From assembly GCF_009914755.1 (NCBI RefSeq), contig NC_060925.1: 64,000 nt of DNA. The stretch is one strand, 5' to 3'. This DNA comes from the human T2T-CHM13v2.0 reference genome, Homo sapiens. Positions within the stretch are counted from its first letter, which is position 1. Every line of letters starts with the position of its first letter. The position numbers and the translations under genes are program-made. Under the pieces are notes generated by a model. That model saw nothing but the letters and a program-made list of their open reading frames with translations. It was not told where the DNA came from and did not search any database. Positions 51,721-64,000 of the stretch are shown here, piece after piece.

Positions 51721-53899
51721 TCACTATGTGCCCGGCATTGTGCTAAGAGAGGAGCCAAAGGAAAACATCCCGCCACGGTGGTTTGAAGTCCTCTGTTCTC
51801 TTTTTCTGGTTTGCCAAATTTCTAACATATGATTATGCCACATTTATACAAAGAAATTTAAAACACCTGCCTCTCAGGGTTGTTGTGAGGCCTGGAAACT
51901 GTGGTGGCCCATCTGCACCCTGCACCCATGCCCGGGATGGAGGCCTTATGCAGAGGAGGGATAATTGCAGGGCAAGGGGGGTCCCTCAGCCTCTGCAGAA
52001 CTGTGGGTCTCAGACCACTCCCTTCCTCTCACCAAACAGGGTAACCACCTCTGTCCTGATGCCTCCTTGGGCTTCTGGGAAAACGTCAGGTCGGTTGCTT
52101 AGAGCCCTGGGGCTTAGAGTCCTGGGGAACCAACAAGAAGCCCCGCGAAGGGGCTGCCTTTCTCAGGGCCCCTCAGAGTGCTCTGCAGAGCATGCTGGCA
52201 GTCCCTCCCGGTGAGGGCACTCCCAATTGTGAGCTCTGTAGTCTAGCCTGCTCCCACCTCTGCCCTCCCTCTGCCTGCCATTCAAGGCCCCTGTGTCAGG
52301 GCTCAAACCCTGCTCTCCTCTGCCCTCTGTGCCCACCGCCTTCCCTGGATGTACCCGGTGGTTCCTGCCTCTGGGCCTCTGCACAAACCCATCCCTCCTC
52401 CTGTGTATATGTCTGTCTCTGCCATATACTCCTTCTCCACACTTCGACATACATGTACCTAACTGCAGAAGCACTCCATATTCACCCACCCACACTCTTG
52501 CACCCAACCAGAAAACTTCCCAACCAAACACTCCCCAATCACACCCCCAAACAAACTCTGCAACCATACACATCCCAACATACTGCAAACAGCATCCCCC
52601 AGATCCAGTCACATAAACACACATACCCACTCCCTCTAATCACCCCCAAAGCTTAACACATGCCCAGATACATTCAACCACACACACACTGACTGTCACA
52701 GAAGCCCCGCCAAAGCCCAAAGATGCAAGTCCCCTAGCCTCTCCCCTACCAGCTCCCAGGCCTCACCACACACCCCAACCCTAAGCTGCTATAGGTGGAA
52801 AGTGTGTCCCGGTAGGAGGGGGACCAGGCGGGTCCCTGAGAGCCCTCACAAGGCCCCCCGCTGCTCCTGTGCCTGGGCCAGCTCTACACAGCATGGCCCA
52901 GGTGGCAGGCAGACAGCCAGCTCCCGCCAGGCCTTCCTTCTCAGGTCTCCCTTCCCACATTCCTGCCTGCCCCAGGGGTTTATTCTTCCCCTGCTCATTG
53001 ATGATGAAAATACTTTTAAGCCAACCACAAAGATTGTTGTCTTTGTCTTTTTAAATAAAAACCAACAGATGCATTTGGGGACCCTCTGGTTTTCCTCTGG
53101 GGTGATTTACATGACCACAACCAGTTCTTGGAGAAGAAAAGCAAACATTCCCGTGGCCTAATAGAAACACTTGCCCTCCACCATCCATCCTCCCAGCTGA
53201 ATCGGCTCGTGCCCACAGATGGCTCCCCAGGGCTCCTCCATCCCACTTAGAGGCTGAGGGGCCAGAGGAGGATCCAGCTGGACCACGGGCTGGCAGCCCC
53301 ACATGAGACAATCTCTCTGAGAGTTCTTCTGTTTTTATTTTTGTCATCGGCCCTGGAAGAGGGAGTTGGGCAGGCAGAGACTAACTACCTCAGTGACAGA
53401 AAAGGAGACTCCCATGAAATCAGCCCATTTAAACATTTAGCAACCCTGGGAGGCAGCAAGTGGAGCTATCTCCATCTGACCAATGAGGAGATGGAGTTAG
53501 AGGCACAGGAATTACTCACGTGCTCCAGGAATCAGCTGGTGGCAGGACTAACTGTGTCAGGTGCATAGCTGATGTTTCAGCTCTGGCTGGGATCACCAGC
53601 CTTCCTTGCCTTTCTAAAGATACCCCTGTCCCACCTGGCTGGCTGAGAATGGCTCGTCCGGAAGATGTAGATGAACCCCATCCCCATCAGCCTTGGCGAG
53701 CACACATTGTGCTTCAAAACCAGGATAAACCTGGAAAGCGCAGCCTCGGGGCTGGAGAAGTTTGTGGGGTTATTCCATCCAAGCTTCCCCAGCACAGGAA
53801 TCCACTCCATGGTGCCCTGCCCAGGTGCACCCAGTCTTGGTTCGCATACCTGCTGAGAGCTGCTCTCCCTCATGAGAAAAAAAAAAGCTTTACCTATTC

Positions 53900-54500
53900 T
53901 CCATTCATCCATTCATCCACCTATCCATACCACCAGGACCCATCCACCCACCCATCCACCATCCATAAACTATTTCTCAAATGCCTCCAAGAAGCTAAGC
54001 ATCATTCTAGCTGCTGGTGACACAGTGGTGAGCAAGACACATGTGGTCTTGGTGCTTGCACAGCTCACCTGCCGGTGGGTTGACACAGACAGCAACCAAG
54101 TAAGCAAATGAGTAAGACAATGTCAGACCGTCTAAGTGCAATAGGAAAAAACGCCTGACCTTGTGGTATGGCAGGGAGTACTGGTGGGGAGGGGCCTTTG
54201 CGACTTGCAGGTGGTCAGGGAAGGCCTCTCTGAAGAGCTGGCATTCAAGCAGAGAAATCAAGGATTCTCATCCTTCTCAGGAGCTACCCCTAAGCTTTAG
54301 GGACGGAGAATTTTGGATAAAGGGAATAGTCCATGTAAAGGCCTTGTGGTGGGAAAAGAGACAGAGCAAGGAGGCCTGTGTGGCTGGAGCAGAACGGGCA
54401 GGTGGAGGATGGCCAGGGGCTCTGGAGAGGTGGGGGTGCTGCAGCTCAGACAGTGTGCCTTGCTGACCAGCGGGAGGATTTGTCTGGAGGTTCTGGGGGA
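53900..54500 (-). mobile_element. L2 fragment
   Basis: cattcatccattc...ctggtgacacagtggtgagcaagaca...ggtggtcagggaaggcctctctgaagag...ggaggcctgtgtggctggagcag. Confidence 0.6.
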
Positions 54501-55816
54501 CAGGGCTCCCTAAGATGGAGCAGTGTCAGCCTCAACAGCCTCCTGGGTGTCCCTAAATGGAGAAGAGGACACTAGGCCTCCCTAAACTCTGGCTCCAGGC
54601 CCCTCGCCAGGGCCACCTCTCAGTGCAGAGAATGCCATCCTGCAGCCATGAGGCCACAAGATGGCACCCATTACTCCTGACCACAGCCCCTTCTGTCACC
54701 TGGCCCTCAAGGGACTTTCCCATCTGCTCTCTCATCTAAGCATCCCCCAAACAACGGAGACAGGGCACTCATGACAACCTCCTCTTGACAGAGGAGGGGA
54801 CAGAGGCACAGAGAGGCAGGACGACCATGTGAGGTCACACAATGAGTCACGAGTAGAGACAGCCTGAATCCAAGTCCTTCCTTCAGGGTATCCAGATGGC
54901 CCCACCAACCCCACCACAGCCCTAGGGGGTGATGTGTGGTAACTGAGGTCATGGCAGGCAGTTGGGGCCAGGCACAGTGCCCGGCTATTCACATAGGTTA
55001 GCTTATAAAATTAGAACCAAAGCTCAGAGAAAGGAAGTGGCATGCCTGAAGTCACACAGCACATCTGAGGAGGAGCCAGGATTTGACTCAAGTAGGGCAC
55101 TACAGGACTAGTCCGGAGGCTCATCAGTGCTAACCAATATGGACTCAGGTTGGAGCCCTGAGTCCATATTGCCCCCCCAGGGCAACAGGGCACTGGAGAA
55201 GGGTGTGGTGTGGATGGGGGTCACAGCAGGGACAGCAACACAGGCCCCACCAAGCCTGACCTGGAACGTGCCCATCATTGGGCCCCCACAGCCGGGTCTG
55301 ACAGGCTGGGGCACATTCCCCTGAGAGCCACTGTGGGGCTCAGAACAGCTGCCCTGCCCTCGACACACCCCCTGTCCCTGCTGAGGCCACTTCTGAAGGA
55401 CACTGTCCTCCTCCTAAGCTCCATCAGGGCGTGTGAGGTGTGGAGCCATTCTCTGGGGCACAGAAAGGAAAGGGCCTCACAGGTAGGGCAGGGCACTTGG
55501 GTATCTGAGGGGGACTGGCAGGTCCCTGGAAACCCCAAAACTGTCTCCCTGGGCAGACCTGGGCAGCTTCCCTAGGCTCAGGGACCCACGGGACTGGCAT
55601 GTTTCAGAAAGAACCCCATGCACTCTCAGATCTAAAGACGGGTAACCCATCTCCCCACTCAGGCGACATCGCCGCTCCCTTACCTGTAAAGCAACCTATC
55701 AGGCCACTCTGGTTCTGGAAATTCTCTTATACCTTGTTTGTGGCTCTGAAGGCTGCTGAGAGAGATGTGCCACCATCAGCTCATGCTTTTAAGAGACCAC
55801 TATAAGAGCATAATTG

Positions 55817-56268
<452 letters not shown>

Positions 56269-57646
56269 GTGTGTGTGTATGCAGGTGTACTGCAGGTGTG
56301 TGTGTGCAGGTGTACTGTAGGTATGTGTGTGCAGGTGTACTGCAGGTGTGTGTATGCAGGTGTACTGCAGGTGTGTGTGTGTGCAGGTGTACTGTAGGTA
56401 TGTGTGTGCAGGTGTACTGCAGGTGTGTGTGTGCAGGTGTACTGCAGGTGTGTGTGTGCGGTGTATTGCAGGTGTGTGTGCAGGTGTACTGCAGGTATGT
56501 GTGTGTGCAGGTATACTGCAGGTGTGTGTGTGTGCAGGTATACTGCAGGTGTGTGTGTGTGCAGGTGTATTGCAGGTGTGTGTGTGTGTGTGTGTATGCA
56601 GGTATACTGTAGGTTTGTGTGTGCAGGTGTACTGCAGGTGTGTGTGTGTATGCAGGTATACTGTAGGTTTGTGTGTGTGTGTGGTGTACTGCAGCTGTGT
56701 GTGTGTATGCAGGTGTACTGTAGGTTTGTGTGTGTGTGCAGGTGTATTGCAGGTGTGTGTGTATGCAGGTGTACTGTAGGTGTGTGTGTGTGTGCAGGTG
56801 TACTGCAGGTGTGTGTGTGTGCAGGTGTACTGTAGGTATGTGTGTGTGTGCAGGTGTACTGCAGGTGTGTGTGTGCAGGCATACTGCAGGTGTGTGTATG
56901 CAGATGTGTCTGTGCAGGTGTACTGCAGGTGTGTGTGTGTGTGCAGGTGTACTGTAGGTATGTGTGTGCAGGTGTACTGCAGGTGTGTGTATGCAGGTGT
57001 ACTGCAGGTGTGTGCGTGCAGGTGTACTGCAGGTGTGTGTGTGGTGTACTGCAGATGTGTGTGCAGGTGTACTGCAGGTGTGTGTGTGTGCAGGTGTACT
57101 GCAGGGGTGTGTGTATGCAGGTGTACTGTAGGTTTGTGTGTGTGTGCAGGTGTACTGCAGGTATGTGTTTGTGTATGCAGGTGTACTGTAGGTATGTGTG
57201 TGTATGCAGGTGTACTGTAAGTATGTGTGTGTGTGTGCAGGTGTACTGCAGATGTTTGTGTGCAGGTGTACTGGAGGTGTGTGTGTGCGCAGATACTTGT
57301 TTGTGTGCAGGCATACTGCAGGTATGTGTGTATGTGTGCAGGTATACTGCAGGTGTGTGTGTGCAGGTGTACTGCAGCATGTGTGTGTGTGCAGGTATAC
57401 TGCAGGTGTGTGTATGCAGATGTGTGTGTGCAGGTGTACTGCAGGTATGTGTGTGTGTGTGCAGGTGTACTGCAGGTATGTGTGTGTGTGTGCAGGCATA
57501 CTGCAGGTGTGTGTGTGCAGATGTGTGTGTTCGTGTGTACTACAGGTGAGTGTGTGTGTGCAGGTTTACTACAGGTATGTGTGTGAGTGTGTTCAGGTAC
57601 ACTGCAGGTGAGCATATGTGTGTGCAGGTATACTTCAAGGTGTGTG
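56269..57646. repeat. VNTR, unit ~24-30 bp GCAGGTGTACTGCAG(GT)n, roughly 50 copies
   Basis: Constant core with a variable GT run; stop-poor in most reading frames. Confidence 0.95.
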
Positions 57647-57834
57647 CATGGGACATAAGCAGCACCAGGCCAGCATCCCCAGACCCTCTCACCTCCCGAA
57701 ACACCAGAATGAGCCCACAGCCATGGCTGGGACTGGAATGAAGTGTGTCCATTCACCCACACTCAGGACTTATTTGCTGAACATCCTGGACACTTTGTCC
57801 ATAGTATCATAAAGGCCCCAGGACAGCTCCAGTG

Positions 57835-57960
57835 GTAGGCATTATTATCATAATCCCTATTTTGCAGATAAAGAAACTGAGGCATGGAGCATTGTGCAAC
57901 TTGGCCATGGTCACTCAGATAGTCATAGCAATTGGGATTTGACTCAAGCAGTCTGCCTCT
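57835..57960 (-). mobile_element. MIR fragment
   Basis: ccctattttgcagataaagaaactgaggc...aacttggccatggtcactcag...gggatttgactcaagcagtctg. Confidence 0.7.
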
Positions 57961-60300
57961 AGAGGAAGGTTTAGGAGACTGGGTCATCAGCCCTTGGTGA
58001 CTGGCTAGATGGATGTAAGGAGGTGAGGAAGTGTCCAGAAAGCCTCTTGGAGGTCTGTAGAAATGGCGGCAAGGGCAGCAGCAGGTACCCAGATGCAGAG
58101 CAGCCATGCCCTGTGGCTGAGGCCGGCTGGGGAAGAGCCTGGCCCCCTGACCTCATCAGGTAGGCCTTGAAACAGACGCACAGGGCAGCTCACATGGTGT
58201 CGTTGAGCAGCTACCAAGAAATATCTTGTCACTCCAATTACATTTCTGAATACCTCTCCTAATTCACTTCCTGTAAAATCAGACAGACTGGGTAAATATA
58301 TATCTTCTTTTAAATGAAGCACGTTATAGTACCTAAATGGTTTTTATCAAGTTGTTTCCAGTCTCTTGAAAATTTCTGATTTCTAAATAATCCTTTATCC
58401 ATTCCATATGCCCCTCTGAAGTCATTGTTAACAGAAAAGCAGAAAACACATAAATAATCTTCCCTTTTGCATGAGTTTAGGATTGACTCCAGTTGCTGCC
58501 AATCAAACATCATTAGGGGAGCCCCAAATCAAAGCAGGATGGTGGAGTCACTAATTAGATCGGGAAGCAGGCTCTGGATGATGAGAGATGAGGTCTGGAG
58601 GGGCTGGCAGTGCCCAGCCCTGCAGTGGGTACTGCCCCTCAGGCTGGAAGGGCACACTGTCAAACACACGCAACGTGCAAACAATGTGACCAAGAGCCTG
58701 CCCTCGGAGGTGCAACAGCACGCAGGTGGGGTGGCTGCCACAGAGGGACACAAAGGGCCCGATGCAGGAAGAGTAACTTAAGGACCTCTCCAGGCAGGCC
58801 AAGGGTCATGCTGAGAGTCAGCCCAGGGCTTTAGTCCCCTGCTCTGCCACTTACTATCAAAGCGATCTTTCGATGAGGGCCTATGGAGGCCTCACTGTCA
58901 CTTTTCATGGATCTCTAAGATAAGGCCCCGGTTCCTCTGTGTGCATTCAAACCTCTGCCCTGGGCAACCTTTCCAGTCGCTGCTCTGCTGCTTTCCACCC
59001 TGGGCCCTATACTCCACCCCAGCAGACTTCCAGCCATTCTTGAACATGATGCGCCTTTGTTCACACTCTTCCCATGCCTCCCCCTAACGATCTCACTCTC
59101 TCAGGGCCAGCTCATGTGTCCACTGCCCTTCTCCAGTGTCTGGCTTCCCCACTAGACTGGGGCAAGCAGGGTGTCCCAAGGTCAAGCAGGGTGTCCCATT
59201 CATGCCACAGTGCCCAGCACCTGCCCATGGCCTGGCCCAGAGGAGCTTTTAGCAAAAGCTGAGTGAGTGAATGAATGAATTAATAAATGCCACCTTCCCC
59301 TCTGGCTGGGACATTTACCCTGCACCATTCACCCTGCTCCATTCAGGCCCCGACACGTGTTGAATACCCTTGATCTGTGCTCACCTATCCTGGACCATGT
59401 AGACTCTGCTCAGATGTGGCCAGAAACAAACCAGAGCTTAGCGAGCAAACACCTGCCTCCTGTGATCGTGGTGCTCTAGATGCTGAAGGTTAAAACATCT
59501 GGAAGGCAGACAGCAGTCCTAGACTTGCCTGTGCTGTCCCAGAAACCAAAAACCAGGAAAGATACAAATCCCAAACTGATGAGTGTTTGTGGTAGCAGAG
59601 GTAAGACTCAGACCCAGTGTGAGAAAGGCCTGGGATGCTTTGTGGGCCCTGGAGCCCTGGGACTTCTTAAAAACAGTAACTCAGAATGCAGGGGGCTTTG
59701 TGGCCGCTATCATTTTGTATAAACCCTGTTTTGGGGACTTTGGCTTCTCTGGGGACAGGGACCAAGTGTTTCTTGGCTGCACTCATCCTTCCTCAGACCC
59801 TGACCTGGCAAAGAGTGGAAGGCACCAGGGCCTCCTGGCTTGGTGGACTGGAGAGAGGACCTCAGGCTACAATCCCACTGGGCCACTCGTTCAATCCCAG
59901 CACTGTCCCGGGGTTTTGGACTCTGAGATGGAAGGATCCTGGGTCCTGGCCTTCACCTCTCCTTCCTCCCTCCACTGTGGTCAGTCCCTCAGCCCTCGTG
60001 CCCATCCTTCCGAGCCTGCTCGGCCCCTGCCCTGATCCTGCCAGGCGACCTCAGGCTGGGATGATGATTGGCGAACTCCTGCTGATGTCCAGCACTGGCT
60101 AGCCCCTCCCATCACTCACTCACCATGCGGCTCTGCTCCCCCTCAGGGTCGAGCCCAGCCGCTGCAATGCGGGACAGAGCCTGGTCCTGAGCCCCTGCGA
60201 GCCTCTGTTGCAGCTCATCCTCCCCCACACGCCCTGCACCCCCTGGCCTCAGCCCTGCAGCCAGCCACCCGCCATGCACGGGAGGGAGCTCTGTTTCTCT

Positions 60301-60462
60301 CTGACACACACAGGCACTCACCCTCATCCACACACACTCACTGTCAGGTACACACTCATCTACATCCCCCCCAGTCATATACACACACTCTATCACACAT
60401 ATACACACACACACAGTCATCTACATAGTCTCTCACCTGTACACATATGCTCACACACACAC
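60301..60462. repeat. CA-rich low-complexity tract (UG-rich in GLIS1 pre-mRNA)
   Basis: Read directly from the sequence. Confidence 0.75.
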
Positions 60463-63400
60463 AGCCCCCTACCTCTGCCCACAGTGTTCCCTCTCCTAGA
60501 TGGTCTTTCTCCACCTTGGCTAACTTATCCTTCAAGGTCCAACTCAAGTGCTTCCTCCTCTGGGAAGTGCTCCCTGACTTCCCAGGCAGGATTAGAGGCC
60601 CGTAGACTCCCACAGCTGCATGCCTAGCAGGATGAAGCACACACACAACATAAGGAATTTCTAACCAGGACTCTGCTGTGGGCAGGGACTGCCTCCTTGA
60701 TGAAGATACAGAAATGAATCCAATACGAAGCTGGAGTGGCCTGTAGAGCTCACCAGCGAAGACAGACAAAGAAGAGCCAGCTTTGCCCAGACCTGGGGGC
60801 AGCAGCTGTGTTGACTCATCTCTGTCCCAGCACTGAGGGAAGACAAGGAGCCCTAGGGGTTGCTGGGCCTGCCCCTGCCCAGCAACTGAGTGCCCAACCC
60901 AGTAACACCCACCTGGGCCTCACGAGTCAGGCAGGAGCTCGCTCCCTGTTTGCAAGGGCAGGGGTTCCACTGGCAGACGGACAGTTCCGGTCGGGAGATA
61001 TCTGGTCCACACACGGAGCAAATATCTGTTTCCCCCTGGTGCCCACCAGTTAACCCTTCGTACCTTCCAGGGAGAGTGGAGGCTGTGGTCGGGAGGGCAG
61101 AGCGGGCTATAGGTGAGACTGAAGACAGGCCCCTATTTGGCTGGTGGACCCCAGGTCCTGTTGGCATCACTGGCTTTGCACTGCCTTTGGCAAACACTTG
61201 TTGCGGGCCGTGTGTCCCGCAATGTTCTAGGCACTGGGGCAGCCATGCTCACAGTAGGTGCTTTAAGAAGACCTCTGCCATGGTCTGCTCAGTGGATGCC
61301 TCAGAAGTGGCCCACGACAGTGGCGATGAGTCCTTGGACTCCACCCATACCTCAGTACCCCAGGCCTTGCCACCTGAAGGGGCAATACACCACACTTTTT
61401 CCTGCCCCATCCTGCCCTGCCACTGGTATCCCACCCCGCCCTGCCCACAGCCAGGCAGCCAGGCAGAGCTCCAGAGAGGAGGCCGGGCCCACACTGGATG
61501 TCCGCTCCCTTCAGGATCTCCAATGTGCGCTCCGGGACCAAGCCCCTACTGTGTGCCCCCAGGACCGAGCCCCTACTGTGTGCCAGGCATTGGGATTGGG
61601 ATGGCTTCTCTACAGACATTGACTCATCTGTTTGATTCCCACAGGCAGAGTGTCCACTACTCTTCCCTAGTCCCATTCCACCCCACTGGCCAAGTCAGAG
61701 ATGAAGAAATTGAGGCTCAGAGAGGCTACACCACTTGTGTAAGGTTACACGGTAAGTGGGAGAGCTCCAGGATTCAGGGAAGCCAAGCAGCAGGGAAGTT
61801 AAGAATATATTGCATTTATAAACAGTGCACGACTTTACAAGCCTCCAGCTATAATTTCATCATAGCCCAGGACCTGGAAAGTCTGCATAATCCTGGAAGG
61901 CGCTGGGTTTCAGCTAAAAGACTGCTGTGACTGCTAATTGGATCCTCAGCCTACACTGTAAATCAGACCAAAGTGTGGGCAATCTTTTTTCAAACAGGCA
62001 CTGTATGTCTTTACATTATTGTTGGCGGACCAGGGCCTTAAATAATTTCTGTGTAACTCAGTTCATAAATCTGCCCTCGCTCTGTGGCTGGCAAACACTG
62101 CCGGAGAAGAGACCAGGTTCCCAAGGTAAACAGCTGGACTGGCAGCTGCTCCCTGGCCATACAAAATCCAGAGCACTGGCCTGGGGTGGGGGCTGGCTGC
62201 ACTCACTCAGGAAGCTCAGAACATGCTGGGTTTGGCAGAGGTCGAAGAGCCAGTGGGCCCAGCAGTTCATGGAGAGTCATCCCGAGGTGTGAAGCCAAGG
62301 AAGCTTTGGCCCATGGGAGCCAAGGTGCTCTGGTTGGGGAAAACATGCCGGCAAACAGGGCAGGTCCAGAGGGTGTCCAGAGAAACTGCAAGGAACTCCC
62401 CCCTCACCACGCACCTAGAGCATATGAATCTCTCCACACCCTCGGGAGGCTGGCTTCACTATTCCCGTCTCAGAGGTGGTGAGACAGGCTCATTTGTCCA
62501 CAGAGCCAGCAAGTGGTGAACCCACAGTGTGAACCCAGCGCAGCTCGGTTTCAACGTCTTCCCATGTTACCCATGAAAAGAGGACCTGGGGGCAGATGGG
62601 GTTACAGAGACCATCTTCACCAAACCAGTGATCTGTCTGCCAGGAATAAGTGCATGCACGGTTAAGGGGGCAATGCAACAGGGCGTCTGAATTTGGGATG
62701 ATGCCAGAACACCACAGTGAGGGAAGGGGTGAGCTTCCCAGAGATGAATGAGCAGAGGCCAGACCATCTCTTCTTACAAAGATGCTACAGATGAGGTTCC
62801 TGCACGATCATGGAGAAAGGTAAGAGTCAGCGCCTGCTTTCAAGGAGCTGAGTGGCAAACAGGAAACAGGACACCAAGATTTTCACCGTGCAGAGATGAG
62901 ACACAGAATGAAACTGAGATGTCAGAGAAGTGCAGCCCAACCAGGGAAAACAACGAGGGTCACCTCCATGGTGACTCATGACATGTGGAAATGCACTCCC
63001 ACACCCACAGCTCACCCACCTGCTCCTAAAAGACTAGCACCCCAGACCACAGCCGAACTGGCTCAACATCACCTCGCAAGAGCCTGTCAGAGCTGCAACC
63101 CCACCCTCTCAGCTGAGTCCCAGCCCACACTCCACATCGCACCACACTGCCCCGGGGGCAGGCATCCCATCCCCTTAGGTGCTGGTACACCTCCAGATAT
63201 TCTCATTTCATCTTCCTCCTCCAACCGTATCAACACTATTAGAACAATGATGATAAAGAAGAATCTTAACCACTAGAAACCTCGATTTCCTCATTTGTCA
63301 ATGGAGGTGATGACAGAGCCAGATCTGCGGGAGACACGAATGAAATGATGCATGCAAAGCACTCAGCACCGTGAAAGATCATCATCTAGTAGTTATTCTT

Positions 63401-64000
63401 CAAATAACACTTTACAGTGCTCTGCCATACATTATTTCCTATGATTTTTACAATGACGTGTAGAGTAGCTATCATTGGTGACTATTTCACAGATGAGGAA
63501 ACGGAGGTTGTGCTTCTGGGCCATTCTGCTGCAAAATAATCAGATTATGCATAAAATATAGCTTCTGTCACATTGCTTGGGTTATAGGAGGTAAGGACAA
63601 TCTCAGAGGACGGGAGAAACAGAAGTAGAAATCCCAGGCCAGAACTAGGCTGAAAGGTGGGGTTCCCCCAAGGGCAGGTACTCAACTCAGGCCTCCAGTG
63701 TGTCCAGAGACAAACCCTGGCCATGTGGTCTCATGCTCAAAGGTGACCAAACACATGAGGCAAGAAGAGGGAGGCTCTGCAGAAGCAATGAACCACAACG
63801 CTGGACCTTCCAAGGATTCCAAATGCTAAAATGATCAGACTTGGAGTATATACTAACAGGGGTGAAATGTGTAAGGAGTGAAAGGGCACAATCACAAAAC
63901 ATTAGCAAGTAACGAGACTGTCCAAAACCACCAATCAGATTTGAAAAGGAACCAACAGAATTTCCAGAAATTAAAAATGTAATTGTTGAAAATTTTGTTT

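Noticed and set aside
56269-57646. CRISPR-like appearance (constant palindromic core with variable spacer)
   Set aside because: The spacers are only GT runs of varying length, there are no cas genes, and the context is a mammalian intron.
60890-61930. 346-aa plus-strand ORF
   Set aside because: Non-ATG start, no recognisable domain, and it runs through a tandem duplication and a MIR; consistent with chance in GC-rich DNA.

Overview
Primate, almost certainly human, genomic DNA (Alu/L1/L2/MIR/MER20 content) carrying the 3' part of GLIS1, a Gli-similar C2H2 zinc-finger transcription factor, on the minus strand. I reconstructed seven coding exons with GT-AG boundaries and consistent phases: 30491-30330, 24974-24864, 20853-20721, 14870-14714, 10116-9938, 9376-9209 and 6864-6707. 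They encode FEGCSKAF...PSIYTDT*, i.e. most of ZF3, ZF4, ZF5 and the C-terminal region. A ~385-nt 3'UTR ends near an ATTAAA signal at 6344-6339. Positions 30492-64000 are one large intron whose upstream exon lies outside the window, and 1-6300 is downstream flank. Nearly all other ORFs are artefacts of GC-rich or repetitive DNA. The best unexplained signals are: (1) a non-Alu ~83-bp, ~80% identical inverted repeat bracketing the single 157-nt exon whose skipping creates a premature stop; (2) a Pumilio element, CPE and hexamer clustered in the last ~100 nt of the 3'UTR; (3) an in-frame 177-nt candidate cryptic exon behind a UG-rich tract in the big intron; (4) a 1.4-kb VNTR dense in CAGGTG and TGCACAC motifs; (5) a G-rich VNTR between the zinc-finger exons carrying GLIS-like binding motifs. 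All functional readings of these are hypotheses.
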